From: Propionibacteriaceae bacterium
Lineage (GTDB): Bacteria > Actinomycetota > Actinomycetes > Propionibacteriales > Propionibacteriaceae
Assembly (NCBI GenBank): GCA_031256725.1
Contig: JAIRQE010000006.1
Span: 120,001-152,000, forward strand
Reading direction: 5' to 3'
Length of the DNA: 32,000 bases
Shown: positions 16,969-27,678 of the stretch, piece after piece
Layout of the letters: the number at the start of each line of letters is the position of its first letter
Position numbering within the stretch: the first letter of the stretch is position 1
Translations under genes and position numbers: made by a program
The notes under the pieces: model-generated
Told to the model about the DNA's origin: nothing
The model's database searches: none
Seen by the model: only the letters and a program-made list of their open reading frames with translations

Positions 16969-18267
16969 TCATGCCCACAGCTGAGACTGGGGGTTCGCCA
17001 CGGCTGATGAGAGTACAGCTAAGGCTCCGCCGGTGGCAGCTCCGTAGCGGCCAGAACGGGAGGGGCGTACCTCAAGTTCAGAGGCAAGCCAGCGGGAGGC
17101 GAGGACCCGGGAGTTGATTTCAGTGGAGATCCGGGGAGTGAGGATTTCTGCGAGTGGAACGAAGGAACCACCGAGTATGACGTGGCTCACGTCGATGATG
17201 TTCATGGCTGTGGACAGCGCGACTCCTAGGGCGAAACCAGCGTGGTCAAGGGCTTCAATCGCCCGAGGATCACCTGCTTGATGGGCCTTGATGAGGGTAT
17301 CAATCTGGCCATCAGGATCAAGGCCAGCATTGGTCATGATGGAGCGCGTACCAGCGTATACCTCCAGACATCCTCGCGCGGTACAGGCACACGGGGGGCC
17401 GTGGGGATCGACGGTGAGGTGCCCGATCTCCCCAGCCCATCCGTGAACACCAGTGAAGACACGACCATCAACCACGATGGCTGATCCAATGCCCACATCC
17501 CCAGATAAATAGATGAAGGAGGGATGTGTCTGGGTGGCTATTTCGGCTTGGGCGGCGAGACTGGCTTCGTTGTCGACAAGGAGGTCGTCAACGAGAATCT
17601 GTCGTACGCACGCGAACGTGGAAGCATCAATGGAGGGGTCGACATCCAGGGAATCGATCACTGAGGCCATCGTGGAGTGGATGTCGAGATCATGCCACCC
17701 GAGGTTGGGAGCCAAACGAAGTGGGCCCCGTGGATGGTCGGCGATGCCAGGAAGAGCGAGGCAGGCTCCCAGGATTCTGATCAAGCGCTTGGAGAGGTCA
17801 GTGATGACCTCCATGACCTCGTCGATGAGGGTGGCAAAGGCGCTGACAGGATCCGAGTTGTGCAGGTTGGCCCTCACAAAGGATTCAGCAAGAATGTCGC
17901 CCGTGAGATCAAGGGCACGTACCCCTAGATAATCCACATTGATCTCAAGGCCAATCGAGGCAACAGTACCACGAGCGAGGGTAAGGGGAATGGCTGGGCG
18001 ACCTGCCTTGACCGGGGTGGTTGCAGGTAGTTCGACGATCAGGCTCGCTGCGATGAGGTCACCCACGAGGGTGGACACTGTTGCCTTCGTCAACCCGGTC
18101 GTCTCGGCGAGATCCGCCCGAGAGATAGCCTCCGAGGAACAGATCTGCGAGAAGACCAGTCGAAGATTATGTTCTCTGAGGGATCGTTGGCCAGCCCGAA
18201 TCATAGAGTCGGTGGGAATCACGCGCGTGTGTCGTGCTGCCTGGTCCATGGATATGAATCGTATCAA
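16969..18267 (-). CDS. ROK-family transcriptional regulator (XylR-like), divergent from xylA
   Basis: The N-terminal winged-HTH is NLRLVFSQICSSEAISRADLAETTGLTKATVSTLVGDL. The ROK sugar-kinase-like body includes GEIGHLTVDPHGPPCACTARGCLE. The TTG start at 18267 follows AAGGA; an alternative ATG is at 18249. Confidence 0.85.
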   Translation of the reverse strand: MIRFISMDQAARHTRVIPTDSMIRAGQRSLREHNLRLVFSQICSSEAISRADLAETTGLTKATVSTLVGDLIAASLIVELPATTPVKAGRPAIPLTLARGTVASIGLEINVDYLGVRALDLTGDILAESFVRANLHNSDPVSAFATLIDEVMEVITDLSKRLIRILGACLALPGIADHPRGPLRLAPNLGWHDLDIHSTMASVIDSLDVDPSIDASTFACVRQILVDDLLVDNEASLAAQAEIATQTHPSFIYLSGDVGIGSAIVVDGRVFTGVHGWAGEIGHLTVDPHGPPCACTARGCLEVYAGTRSIMTNAGLDPDGQIDTLIKAHQAGDPRAIEALDHAGFALGVALSTAMNIIDVSHVILGGSFVPLAEILTPRISTEINSRVLASRWLASELEVRPSRSGRYGAATGGALAVLSSAVANPQSQLWA

Positions 18268-18394
18268 AGACAGTCCTTGCGTCCTAGGAGAACCTGACCT
18301 GAGATGGACAGAGGTCTTGTGGCCAATCTGTCGGCTGGCCTATGATGGGAGATAATATGTTCAACGATAGAACTAATACCAAGGAGGGTAATTC

Positions 18395-19585
18395 ATGTCT
18401 ATCCCTACACCGACCCCGAACGATCATTTCTCCTTCGGCATGTGGACGGTCAACTGGCCCGCTCAGGACCAATTTGGCTCGGCAACTCGCGCGATGATGG
18501 ATCCTGTTTATATCGTTCATAAGCTTGCTGAGATTGGAGCCTGGGGAATCACCTTCCACGATGATGACCTCATTCCTTTTGGTACTGCCCCTGCCGAAAG
18601 ACAGGCCATCATTGACTCCTTTAAGAAAGCCCTCGACGAGACCGGAATCGTCTGTGAAATGGTGACGACAAACACCTTCTCTCACCCCATTTTCAAAGAT
18701 GGTGCCTTCACCTCCAATGATCGCCAGGTCCGCCGATTCGGCCTGCGCAAAGTGCTTCGCAATGTTGACCTTGCTGCTGACCTGGGTGCCACGACCTTCG
18801 TGATGTGGGGTGGCCGAGAGGGTGCTGAGTACGACACCTCCAAAGACTACAAGTCGGCTTTGGATCGTTATGCTGAAGGTATTGATACCGTGGCGGCGTA
18901 CATCAAATCCCAGGGGTACAACCTGAAGATCGCGCTCGAACCCAAGCCCAATGAACCCCGTGGTGACATCCTTCTTCCGACCGTCGGACATGCCTTGGGT
19001 TTCATCGCATGTCTGGACAATGGCGATATTGTCGGACTCAACCCTGAGGTTGGCCACGAACAGATGGCCTGCCTCAATTACACCGCTGGGATCGCCCAGG
19101 CGCTATGGTGTGGCAAGCTCTTCCATATCGACCTCAATAGTCAAAAGGGTGTGAAGTACGATCAGGACCTCGCCTTCGGTCATGGTGACCTCATCAACGC
19201 CTTCTCGACGGTTGACCTGCTGGAGAATGGATTCCCTAATGGTGGTCCTACCTATGAGGGTCCCCGCCACTTTGACTACAAGCCCAGCCGTACGGAATCT
19301 GAAGAAGGAGTATGGGAATCGGCACGGGCCAATATGACGATGTACCTCCTACTCAAGGAGCGCGCCAAGGCTTTCCGTGAGGATTCAGAAATCAAAGACC
19401 TCATGAAGTCTTCGGGTGTGACTGCCCTGGCTGAACCCACACTCGCGGCAGGGGAGACCATCGAATCCTTCATGGCTGACCCGTCAACCTTTGAAGATCT
19501 GGACCCTGATCAGGTCGCAGATCGCGGCTATGACTACATCCGCATCAACCAGATCGCGATGGAATACCTTCTCGGAGCGAGGTAG
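18395..19585 (+). CDS. xylA: Xylose isomerase (class I, actinobacterial type)
   Basis: The protein has 396 aa. It contains [27 protein letters not shown], the metal-binding region [11 protein letters not shown] and PEVGHEQMA. The RBS is AAGGAGG. Confidence 0.95.
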   Translation: MSIPTPTPNDHFSFGMWTVNWPAQDQFGSATRAMMDPVYIVHKLAEIGAWGITFHDDDLIPFGTAPAERQAIIDSFKKALDETGIVCEMVTTNTFSHPIFKDGAFTSNDRQVRRFGLRKVLRNVDLAADLGATTFVMWGGREGAEYDTSKDYKSALDRYAEGIDTVAAYIKSQGYNLKIALEPKPNEPRGDILLPTVGHALGFIACLDNGDIVGLNPEVGHEQMACLNYTAGIAQALWCGKLFHIDLNSQKGVKYDQDLAFGHGDLINAFSTVDLLENGFPNGGPTYEGPRHFDYKPSRTESEEGVWESARANMTMYLLLKERAKAFREDSEIKDLMKSSGVTALAEPTLAAGETIESFMADPSTFEDLDPDQVADRGYDYIRINQIAMEYLLGAR

Positions 19586-19589
19586 TGCC

Positions 19590-21008
19590 ATGACTCTCGT
19601 GGCAGGTGTGGACACCTCAACTCAGTCGTGCAAGGTGGTCATTCGGGATGCTGAGACCGGCGCTAGCATTCGAATGGGATCGGCTCCCCATCCTGAGGGA
19701 ACCGAATGCCACCCCGATCATTGGTGGGCGGCCTTCCAGGAAGCCTGTGAGAAAGCAGGTGGGCTTGATGATGTGTCCGCCATTGCCGTGGGTGGACAAC
19801 AACATGGGATGGTCTGTCTGGATAAGGATGGAGAAGTCGTACGTCCTGCTCTGCTGTGGAATGACAACCGTTCAGCCCGGGCTGCAGACGATCTCATCTC
19901 AGAGCAAGGTCGCCAGTTCTGGGCCGAATCCTGCGGGTCGATTTTGGTGGCCTCGTTCACGGTGACGAAGCTTCGCTGGCTTCGTGACCACGAGCCCGAG
20001 AATGCCTCGCGTGTGGCAGCCGTCTGTCTTCCTCACGACTGGCTCACCTGGCGTATCGCGGGCCACGGTCCACGATCTCAAGGTGGGGATGGCGACCTGT
20101 TTTCCCTGGTCACTGATCGTTCTGATGCCTCGGGGACAGGGTACTGGTCGCCATTCACCAGCGAGTATCTTTCCGAGATCTTAGAAGCCGCCCTGGGCTC
20201 TCGGCCTCTCCTGCCGAGGGTTCTGGGGATTTCGGAATCAGCAGGGACCACAAACTGGGGTGCCCAGATTGGCCCAGGAGCGGGGGATAATGCCGCCGCC
20301 GCCTTGGGCCTGGGACTCCTACCAGGGGATGTCTCCATTTCGTTGGGGACCTCAGGCGTGGTGAGCGCTATCAGTTCCACTGGGATAGCCGACCGCACAG
20401 GTGTTGTGGCGGGGTTCGCTGATGCCACGGGTTCCTTTTTGCCGTTGGTGTGTACCCTCAACGCGTCTCGCATCCTTGATTCTGCCACTCGCATTATGGG
20501 GATTTCCTTTGCGGAAGTGGATGCCCTGGCTCTCAGTGCACCTGCCGGCGCTGAGGGGCTGAGACTCGTACCCTTCTTTGAGGGAGAGAGAACCCCACCA
20601 CTGCCGCAGGCCACGGCCGCCCTCCACGGGATGACCTTGGCCAACTGTACCCCGCAGAACATGGCTCGGGCCTTTGTGGAGGCCCTTCTGTGCTGTCAGG
20701 CTGGGGGATTGGAGGCGATCTCCTCCCATGGGTTCACTGCGGAGCGGGTCTTCCTGATCGGCGGTGGTGCGAAGTCAGCAGCGGTACGTCAGATCGCCCC
20801 AAGTGTCTTTGGGTGCGAGGTCGTCGTACCTCCGACTGAGGAATGGGTGGCTATTGGATCTGCACGTCAAGCGGCCTGGGTTCTTGCGGGAACCCCCGAA
20901 CCACCCACCTGGCGCATTGACGGGTATGACACCTATTCGGCCCCTGCTGAACCGATCATCATGACCCAGTATCAGCAGGTACAAAACCTCTTCTTCTCAC
21001 GCGACTGA
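19590..21008 (+). CDS. xylB: Xylulokinase (FGGY family)
   Basis: MTLVAGVDTSTQSCKVVIRD, GGQQHGMV, and a C-terminal FGGY pattern GGGAKS. The ATG at 19590 lies 4 nt after the xylA stop. The track start at 19491 overlaps xylA. Confidence 0.9.
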   Translation: MTLVAGVDTSTQSCKVVIRDAETGASIRMGSAPHPEGTECHPDHWWAAFQEACEKAGGLDDVSAIAVGGQQHGMVCLDKDGEVVRPALLWNDNRSARAADDLISEQGRQFWAESCGSILVASFTVTKLRWLRDHEPENASRVAAVCLPHDWLTWRIAGHGPRSQGGDGDLFSLVTDRSDASGTGYWSPFTSEYLSEILEAALGSRPLLPRVLGISESAGTTNWGAQIGPGAGDNAAAALGLGLLPGDVSISLGTSGVVSAISSTGIADRTGVVAGFADATGSFLPLVCTLNASRILDSATRIMGISFAEVDALALSAPAGAEGLRLVPFFEGERTPPLPQATAALHGMTLANCTPQNMARAFVEALLCCQAGGLEAISSHGFTAERVFLIGGGAKSAAVRQIAPSVFGCEVVVPPTEEWVAIGSARQAAWVLAGTPEPPTWRIDGYDTYSAPAEPIIMTQYQQVQNLFFSRD

Positions 21009-21833
21009 GGCCCCAACGACTCTCGTACCGCGGGTGGTAACTGGTGCTGGAAGGGACTGGATGGCACCTGTAATGGCAGCGACGATGTCTTCGTAGGTGA
21101 CGTCGGACATGGGTGATTCACCAATGATTCTTCCGTGACGCATGACGACGATCCGGTCGGCGACCGCTTGTACATCGGCAAGGTTGTGGGAGATCAGAAC
21201 GATGCCATGCCCCAGACGGCGCATCCGAACGATCAGGTCGAGAACCTCGGCTGTCTGTGTGATCGACAATGACGAGGTGGGTTCGTCCAGTACGACGATC
21301 TTGGGTTTAGCGAGCAGGGTACGCGCAATCGCCACGGACTGACGCTGACCGGCTGAGAGATTCTCGCAGGGATAACGTACGGACGGAATCCGGGCGCCGA
21401 TCTCATCGAGAACTGACTTCGCTTCGGTTTCCATCTCATCACTGGACAGTACGTTCGCGCGGTTCCGTTCGTGTCCGAGGAACATGTTGGCGACCACATC
21501 AAGGTTGTTGGCGAGGGCGAGATCCTGGAAAACCGTGGCAATCCCCAATCGGGTGGCCACCGAAGGGCTGGTGATTGATACCTCCATACCATCGCGAAGG
21601 ATGGTTCCCGAGGTTGGTCGGTACACCCCAGAGACGACTTTTGCCAAGGTGGATTTTCCGGCGGCGTTCTCTCCGACGAGGGCGACAATTTCATGGCTGT
21701 AGACCTTGAAGTCGATGTGCTCGAGGGCTCTGATACCGCCAAAGCTGAGATTGAGATCGCGCAGTTCCAAGGCTGGAATCCTGGGGGCTTCAGGATCGTA
21801 GGTGGGAGCGACGGGAGTGTCAAGATGCGTCAT
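20997..21833 (-). CDS. Stand-alone single-NBD sugar-type ABC transporter ATP-binding protein (FrcA-like)
   Basis: Walker A GENAAGKST, signature LSAGQRQ, Walker B VVLDEPTSSL, and H-loop ISHN. I used the start MTHLD at 21833; the longer track ORF overlaps the upstream ROK gene. The gene overlaps the ROK stop by 14 nt and the xylB 3' end by 12 nt (convergent). Confidence 0.85.
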   Translation of the reverse strand: MTHLDTPVAPTYDPEAPRIPALELRDLNLSFGGIRALEHIDFKVYSHEIVALVGENAAGKSTLAKVVSGVYRPTSGTILRDGMEVSITSPSVATRLGIATVFQDLALANNLDVVANMFLGHERNRANVLSSDEMETEAKSVLDEIGARIPSVRYPCENLSAGQRQSVAIARTLLAKPKIVVLDEPTSSLSITQTAEVLDLIVRMRRLGHGIVLISHNLADVQAVADRIVVMRHGRIIGESPMSDVTYEDIVAAITGAIQSLPAPVTTRGTRVVGASVA

Positions 21834-23034
21834 GGAAAACCACTCCTTCGAGATTTCCAGGCAGTCGGATGGATTCAAGAGCCAAACACACTGCGCCAAC
21901 GAGTTCGCACTCCACACCGAGCTCGCCGGGGACGATTTCGATGGTGGGGGTGGAACCAGGCAGGGTGAAACGTGATGTGGCTGCTCTGAGCGGATCCAGG
22001 AAAAGATCACCGAGTCGGGCGATGTCGCCTCCGACGACAACACGTTGAGGATCGATGAGGTTGCATAGTCCAGCCAGCGCTAGACCAATGTGGCGTGTCG
22101 CGTCTTCAATGACCCGCCGGCAGGCAATGTCCCCTCCGGTTGCCCTCTCAGTAAGGTCAGCAAGGGAAAGGTTCCCATGAGTGAGCTTGAGTGATTCGAG
22201 CATCGACGAGGTTCCGGTGACAGCTTCAAGGCATCCTCTGTTTCCGCAGTAACAGATGGGCCCTTGATCGTCGTAGCTGACATGGCCAATTTCACCAGCG
22301 ATCCCCGAGAATCCACGGAAGAGTTTGCCCTCGTAGACAATTCCCGCACCGATTCCATGGGAAACGCTGAGATAGATAACAGGGTCGGCACCAAATCCAG
22401 CACCCATCCGGCATTCGGCCAGAGCGCCAACATTCGTGCCGTTTTCTACGACGACGTCGCAGTCTAGACGGCGTTCAAGTGCAGGACCGATGGCAATTTG
22501 GTCCCAGCCACGCATGAGTCCAGGTGAGCAGACCATGGAGGTCGTACGGTCAATGGGAGCATCAAGGGCGACACCTGTACCGAGGATCTCCTCGCGGGAG
22601 GCTCCAATGTGGTTGAGCATGTCGGAGATGAAGAGCGCGATTCTGTCAAGGACGGTGTCAGAGCGATGGTCTTTGGCGAGGGGGAGATGCTGCTTGATGA
22701 GAATCTCTCCGGCCGGGCTTGCGAGGCATACTCGAAGATCACGGCGACCGATGTGGACTCCAGCCACGATTCCGAGTCGTCGTGCCAGGGTGACATTGAT
22801 GGCCCGTCGTCCACTGCGAGAGGTGGGTGTGGTGTTGACGATGCCAGCTTCGAGGAGTTCTTTGACGATAACTGAGACTGTTCCTGCAGATAGACCTGTG
22901 GCATCTGCAAGCTCCACTTGGGTGATGACACCGAATTTCTTGATGGCGTCAAGAATGTGGGCACGGTTAGCTTCACGCAGCGAAGTCTGTGACCCGTGCG
23001 CGAGACCTGCTGTGTCCACCATGGTGCTTATCAT
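21820..23034 (-). CDS. ROK-family transcriptional regulator (second copy), divergent from the sugar ABC transporter operon
   Basis: The HTH is ILDAIKKFGVITQVELADATGLSAGTVSVIVKEL. The ROK motif is GEIGHVSYDDQGPICYCGNRGCLE. The exact start is uncertain (ATG at 23034 or ATG four codons downstream). Confidence 0.88.
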   Translation of the reverse strand: MISTMVDTAGLAHGSQTSLREANRAHILDAIKKFGVITQVELADATGLSAGTVSVIVKELLEAGIVNTTPTSRSGRRAINVTLARRLGIVAGVHIGRRDLRVCLASPAGEILIKQHLPLAKDHRSDTVLDRIALFISDMLNHIGASREEILGTGVALDAPIDRTTSMVCSPGLMRGWDQIAIGPALERRLDCDVVVENGTNVGALAECRMGAGFGADPVIYLSVSHGIGAGIVYEGKLFRGFSGIAGEIGHVSYDDQGPICYCGNRGCLEAVTGTSSMLESLKLTHGNLSLADLTERATGGDIACRRVIEDATRHIGLALAGLCNLIDPQRVVVGGDIARLGDLFLDPLRAATSRFTLPGSTPTIEIVPGELGVECELVGAVCLALESIRLPGNLEGVVFHDAS

Positions 23035-23262
23035 ACTCCTTCCCTCGCGATCATGGCTTTGACGGATAAAGTAACAATTCCGTAACTATTGGTTTTTGTC
23101 TTTGTTTTCCAAACTCAAGGCCCTATAGTTGAACCATTCCAGCGGGACAGACCCCAGGAATACTCGCCAGGTGAAGAATTCACATGGCGAAGGAACTCAA
23201 TTCTTACGCCTCGTGATGTGAGGACGGAGTTTCAGATGTACCCATCTCAAAGAGGAGACACT

Positions 23263-24378
23263 ATGAAGCTAAGGAAACTAGCAACATTAGCCCTGGGGGC
23301 AGTACTGGTTATCGGTCTCACTGCGTGCGCCGATACCACCCGTGATCCAGTCAGCTCAGGAGGCGAAGAAGCAGGCGGTTTGATCGGCATCTCTATGCCA
23401 ACCAAGAGCCTGGAACGTTGGAATAATGACGGTGCCAATTTGGAGGCCCGCCTCAAGGAGTTCGGCTATGAGACCACTCTGCAGTATGCCGATGACAAGG
23501 TCGACATGCAGATCTCCCAGCTTCAGAACATGATCAACCAGAATGTCAAGGTCCTCGTGATCGCGGCTATCAATGGTGAGGCATTGGCACCAGTTCTCAA
23601 GACTGCCGCTGATGCTGGAATTAAGATTGTTGCCTATGATCGCTTGATCAACGGCACCGAGAATGTTGACTACTATGCCACATTCGATAACTACCTAGTT
23701 GGTAAGTACCAGGGCGAATTCATTGAAGAGGCTTTGGATCTCAAGAATGCTGCTGGTCCTTTCAATATCGAACCTTTCGCTGGGTCTCCCGATGACAACA
23801 ACGCCAAGTTCTTCTTCTCTGGTGCCTGGGATGTTCTGAGTCCTTATGTTGAGTCAGGCAAGCTCGTTTCTCAGTCTGGCAAGGCTCCTGCCACCAATGA
23901 CGACTGGGCTTCCATTGGAATCCAGGGTTGGAAGACCGATTCGGCTCAGTCCGAAATGCAGAACCGTATCAATTCCTTCTACACCGGTTCCACCAAGGTG
24001 GACGTGGTTCTTAGCCCCAACGATTCCCTCGCCTTGGGTATCGCTCAGGCTCTTGATACCGCTGGTTACAACCCTGATGTTGATTGGCCCGTTCTCACCG
24101 GTCAGGATGCTGACATCGCCAACGTGAAGAATATCCTGGCTGGCAAACAGTCCATGTCAGTGTGGAAAGACACCCGTACCCTCGGTGATCAGGTTGCCAA
24201 GATGGTTGACCAGATGCTGAAGGGCGAAACGGTTGACGTCAACGACACTACGACCTATCACAATGGCGTCAAGCAGGTTCCTTCCTACCTGTTGCCACCT
24301 GAGGTTGTCGTCAAGGACACCGTTGAAGAGATTCTCGTCGGCAAGGGTTACTACACCAAGGATCAGATCGGTCTGTGA
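23263..24378 (+). CDS. chvE: ChvE-type monosaccharide (xylose/arabinose/galactose-class) ABC transporter substrate-binding lipoprotein
   Basis: The signal peptide has a lipobox: MKLRKLATLALGAVLVIGLTAC. There are long stretches that I recognise as ChvE-like, including ISMPTKSLERWNNDG, LQYADD, VAYDRLI, YYATFDN, GPFNIEPFAGSPDDNNAKFFF and VPSYLL. The RBS is AGAGGAG. Confidence 0.88.
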   Translation: MKLRKLATLALGAVLVIGLTACADTTRDPVSSGGEEAGGLIGISMPTKSLERWNNDGANLEARLKEFGYETTLQYADDKVDMQISQLQNMINQNVKVLVIAAINGEALAPVLKTAADAGIKIVAYDRLINGTENVDYYATFDNYLVGKYQGEFIEEALDLKNAAGPFNIEPFAGSPDDNNAKFFFSGAWDVLSPYVESGKLVSQSGKAPATNDDWASIGIQGWKTDSAQSEMQNRINSFYTGSTKVDVVLSPNDSLALGIAQALDTAGYNPDVDWPVLTGQDADIANVKNILAGKQSMSVWKDTRTLGDQVAKMVDQMLKGETVDVNDTTTYHNGVKQVPSYLLPPEVVVKDTVEEILVGKGYYTKDQIGL

Positions 24379-24438
24379 TCGATTCTGGTTCACAGGAACT
24401 CTGTGATGCCGTGCTGGGTATCATGTGAGAACTGGGGG

Positions 24439-24464
24439 AGGTGGCGCTCAAGATAGCGCCACCT
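24439..24464 (+). terminator. Intercistronic GC-rich stem-loop between the binding-protein and ATPase genes (attenuator or mRNA-stabiliser candidate)
   Basis: AGGTGGCGCT-caagat-AGCGCCACCT forms a 10-bp perfect stem with a 6-nt loop. No U-tract follows. Confidence 0.45.
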
Positions 24465-24499
24465 ACCACCCAGGTTAATACGACCATAAAGGCAGAACA

Positions 24500-26119
24500 A
24501 TGGATGACTACATCGTTGTAGATGATTACATCTTGGAGATGCAGGAGATCACCAAGGAGTTTCCGGGGGTGAAAGCTCTCACCGATGTCACTTTGCGAGT
24601 ACGCCGCGGCGAGATCCACGCCATCTGTGGGGAGAATGGCGCTGGGAAATCGACCCTGATGAAAGTACTCTCAGGGGTACATTCGGCAGGATCGTACGCA
24701 GGCGAAATCCTCTTTGATGGACAGCCGTGCAGCTTTCGTACGATCAGGGACTCAGAAAAACTGGGCATTGTCATCATTCACCAGGAATTGGCGCTGAGCC
24801 CGTACCTCTCCATTGCCGAAAATATCTTCATGGGAAATGAGCGCTCCCGTAGTGGTGTCATTGATTGGCGGAAAACCACCCAAGAAGCTCAGGTTCTTCT
24901 CGACCGTGTCGGTCTTGATGAAGACCCCTCCACACGTATCACCGATATTGGTGTTGGCAAGCAGCAACTCGTTGAAATCGCGAAAGCCCTCTCCAAGGAA
25001 GTCAAACTTCTCATCCTTGATGAACCCACAGCGGCCCTCAACGACGATGATTCCGAGAACCTGCTGCGCTTGATTAAACAGCTTCAATCCCAGGGGATCA
25101 CTTGTATCATGATCTCCCATAAACTTGGCGAGATCGAGGAGATCGCCGATACCACCACCATCATTCGAGATGGGCTCACCATCGAAAGCCTCGATATGCA
25201 TTCTCAGGCTCAGGATCATTCCCAAGAGCACATCATCCGAGGCATGGTGGGTCGCCCTCTCGATCATCGTTTCCCCGATCATGAATCCACCATCGGTGAG
25301 GAAGTCCTCGCGATCAAGGATTGGACCGTACACCATCCCATCGATACCTCACGCAAGGTGGTGGACTGTGTGTCTCTCAACGTACGACGGGGAGAGATTG
25401 TCGGCTTAGCCGGACTCATGGGTGCAGGCCGAACCGAACTCGCAATGTCGGTCTTTGGTCGGGCCTATGGTACGCGAATCTCCGGGCAGGTCTTCAAAGA
25501 CGGGAAGGAAATCCAGATTCGTAGTGTCCAAGACGCGATGAATCATGGGATCGCCTATGCCACCGAAGATCGAAAGAGGTATGGACTCAACCTCATTCAG
25601 ACGGTCAAAGAAAACATCACCTCGGCGGCTCTCACCAAGCTCTCCAAGGTCGGTGTCATCGAAGTGGACGCCGAGACCGGTGTGGCTGAGGAATACCGCA
25701 AGGAACTCAACGTCAAGACACCGACCATTGAAGTGTCTGCATCGAAGCTTTCGGGGGGGAACCAACAGAAGGTCGTACTAGCTAAGTGGATTTACACCGA
25801 CCCCGATGTTCTGATCCTTGACGAGCCGACTCGTGGTATTGATGTCGGGGCCAAGTTTGAGATCTATACAATCATTGGGCGTCTAGCCGACGAAGGCAAA
25901 GGTGTGCTGATGATCTCCTCAGAACTCCCTGAACTTTTAGGGGTGTGTGATCGAATCTACACACTCGCACAGGGGCGAATCACCGGATGTCTGGATCGCG
26001 ACGAAGCGACTCAGGAATCCCTGATGCACCTCATGACTGCCGAGGATTCACATCGAGGATCCAAAGCCCACCCTGACTCCGGTACCGACGCCGGTGACCA
26101 ACAAGAGAAAGACCTGTGA
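24500..26119 (+). CDS. gguA: Sugar ABC transporter ATP-binding protein, duplicated NBD (GguA/XylG type, CUT2)
   Basis: It has two NBDs. The first carries GENGAGKST and [10 protein letters not shown]. The second carries LSGGNQQK and [11 protein letters not shown]. Confidence 0.9.
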   Translation: MDDYIVVDDYILEMQEITKEFPGVKALTDVTLRVRRGEIHAICGENGAGKSTLMKVLSGVHSAGSYAGEILFDGQPCSFRTIRDSEKLGIVIIHQELALSPYLSIAENIFMGNERSRSGVIDWRKTTQEAQVLLDRVGLDEDPSTRITDIGVGKQQLVEIAKALSKEVKLLILDEPTAALNDDDSENLLRLIKQLQSQGITCIMISHKLGEIEEIADTTTIIRDGLTIESLDMHSQAQDHSQEHIIRGMVGRPLDHRFPDHESTIGEEVLAIKDWTVHHPIDTSRKVVDCVSLNVRRGEIVGLAGLMGAGRTELAMSVFGRAYGTRISGQVFKDGKEIQIRSVQDAMNHGIAYATEDRKRYGLNLIQTVKENITSAALTKLSKVGVIEVDAETGVAEEYRKELNVKTPTIEVSASKLSGGNQQKVVLAKWIYTDPDVLILDEPTRGIDVGAKFEIYTIIGRLADEGKGVLMISSELPELLGVCDRIYTLAQGRITGCLDRDEATQESLMHLMTAEDSHRGSKAHPDSGTDAGDQQEKDL

Positions 26120-27348
26120 TGAACGCCCTCAACGAAATCAAGGAACTTTTCGGCAAGAACATGCGTCAGTATGGCATCATGCTGGCCCTCGTGGTGATCC
26201 TTCTGGTGTTCGCCTTCTCGACTCAAGGTCGAATCATCATTCCCAACAACATGTGGACCCTCATCCAGCAGAATGCCTATGTTCTTATTCTGGCACTAGG
26301 GATGCTGATGGTGATCATCGCGGGGCATATCGATCTGTCGGTGGGCTCGGTGGTCGCCTTTATCGGGGCCATCGTTGGCTACATGATGTACACCTGGCAT
26401 GTTCCCTGGATGCTGGCTGTCCTATGCGGTCTGGTTCTTGGTGTGATCGTGGGTGCCTGGCATGGATTCTGGGTGGCCTATGTTCGAATTCCCGCCTTTG
26501 TGGTCACCCTCGCGGGGATGTTGCTCTTCCGTGGTTTGGCGCAGGTCATTGCCGCACGTACAATGGCTGGATTCCCAGCGGGATTCAATGCGATTGCTGG
26601 GGGTTCCTTACCGAATTTCCTGGGGTTCGTCCCCAACCCTCTTGCGGGGTTATTTGGTGAGGGTAGTCCTTTTGGCGTGAGCTTGGATGGTGTGACTCTG
26701 GCGATCGGGGCCTTTGCCATCTTCGGGATGATCATGCAATCGTGGAGGTCTCGCCTCTCGCAGATCAAGCATGGACTCATGGTGGGTCCGATGTCACTGC
26801 TCATTGGGCGGTGGATTCTTCTGGGATTGGCCATCGCCTTCGTGACCTACATTCTCTCCATGAACACCATTGGCGGGACTCCAATTGTTCTCATCCTCGT
26901 CGCTGTACTCATCCTCAGTTATGCCTTCGTGACCACTCGTACGGTCTTCGGACGTCATGTCTATGCCATTGGTGGCAATCGAAATGCCGCCCTCCTCTCG
27001 GGTATCAACACGGCTAGGGTTGACTTCGGAATCTTCATCAACATGGGCCTTCTCACAGCGATTGCTGCCATCGTAACCACCTCGCGTTCGGGTGCCTCCA
27101 TTGCTGCCGCCGGTACGGGCTATGAGCTTGACGCTATCGCCGCCTGCTTCATTGGCGGTACGGCAGTCACCGGCGGTGTGGGACGTGTGGCAGGTGCCAT
27201 GGTTGGGGCTCTCATCATGGGAGTGCTCAATATGGGGCTGTCTATCTTGAGTGTCGATGCTAACTGGACCATGGCCATCAAGGGTCTTGTTCTTCTCATT
27301 GCCGTCACCATCGACCTCGTATCCAAGCGTCGGGCCACGATTGGGTAA
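26116..27348 (+). CDS. gguB: Sugar ABC transporter permease (GguB/XylH type)
   Basis: The 410-aa protein is highly hydrophobic with many TM segments. It carries the CUT2 permease motif [20 protein letters not shown]. The ATGA start overlaps the ATPase stop. Confidence 0.9.
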   Translation: MMNALNEIKELFGKNMRQYGIMLALVVILLVFAFSTQGRIIIPNNMWTLIQQNAYVLILALGMLMVIIAGHIDLSVGSVVAFIGAIVGYMMYTWHVPWMLAVLCGLVLGVIVGAWHGFWVAYVRIPAFVVTLAGMLLFRGLAQVIAARTMAGFPAGFNAIAGGSLPNFLGFVPNPLAGLFGEGSPFGVSLDGVTLAIGAFAIFGMIMQSWRSRLSQIKHGLMVGPMSLLIGRWILLGLAIAFVTYILSMNTIGGTPIVLILVAVLILSYAFVTTRTVFGRHVYAIGGNRNAALLSGINTARVDFGIFINMGLLTAIAAIVTTSRSGASIAAAGTGYELDAIAACFIGGTAVTGGVGRVAGAMVGALIMGVLNMGLSILSVDANWTMAIKGLVLLIAVTIDLVSKRRATIG

Positions 27349-27544
27349 CGAGGCTCTAGTCTTTTAACCTTGAAGGTACCCTCCGGTGGTACCTATGATC
27401 GTGTCGTCGAGGAGAGCTTTGGTGCCACGACGCAGAGGTACCCGAGATCGCTGGGGTCTCGTCCTTCACCAACTCGGTAATAACCGACATAATTTATCGC
27501 AACAAATGATAAGAAATCTTGCCATATTCCCTTGTTGTTAATCA

Positions 27545-27573
27545 TTGACACTAGTAAAAGAAGGGAATACATT
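27545..27573 (+). promoter_or_regulatory. Candidate promoter of the large surface-protein gene
   Basis: TTGACA (27545-27550), a 17-nt spacer, then TACATT (27568-27573). It lies in an AT-rich region about 105 nt upstream of the ATG at 27679 and is flanked by the 8-bp inverted repeat ATTCCCTT...AAGGGAAT. Confidence 0.45.
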
Positions 27574-27678
27574 ATTATTTATGTCAACACGGGGTGACAT
27601 TGTTTGGCAGTCGCTAAACGGGGAATGAGTATGCCTTGAGGTGCCTTGGGGTGCTCTATTGAACGGGGAGGTGTTCGA

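Noticed and set aside
18284-19057. 257-aa minus-strand ORF, plus many other long ORFs antisense to or out of frame with xylA, xylB, the ROK genes and the ABC genes (for example 20078-20662, 21233-21823, 22436-23062, 24752-25336, 26094-26660)
   Set aside because: These are typical shadow ORFs of GC-rich coding regions. Each overlaps a gene that has unambiguous family motifs.
19491-19589. Upstream extension of xylB
   Set aside because: It overlaps the 3' end of xylA. The conserved FGGY N-terminus (MTLVAGVDTSTQ) starts at the ATG at 19590.
21834-22043. Upstream extension of the orphan ABC ATPase ORF
   Set aside because: It overlaps the ROK regulator coding sequence. The ATPase homology starts at MTHLD (21833).
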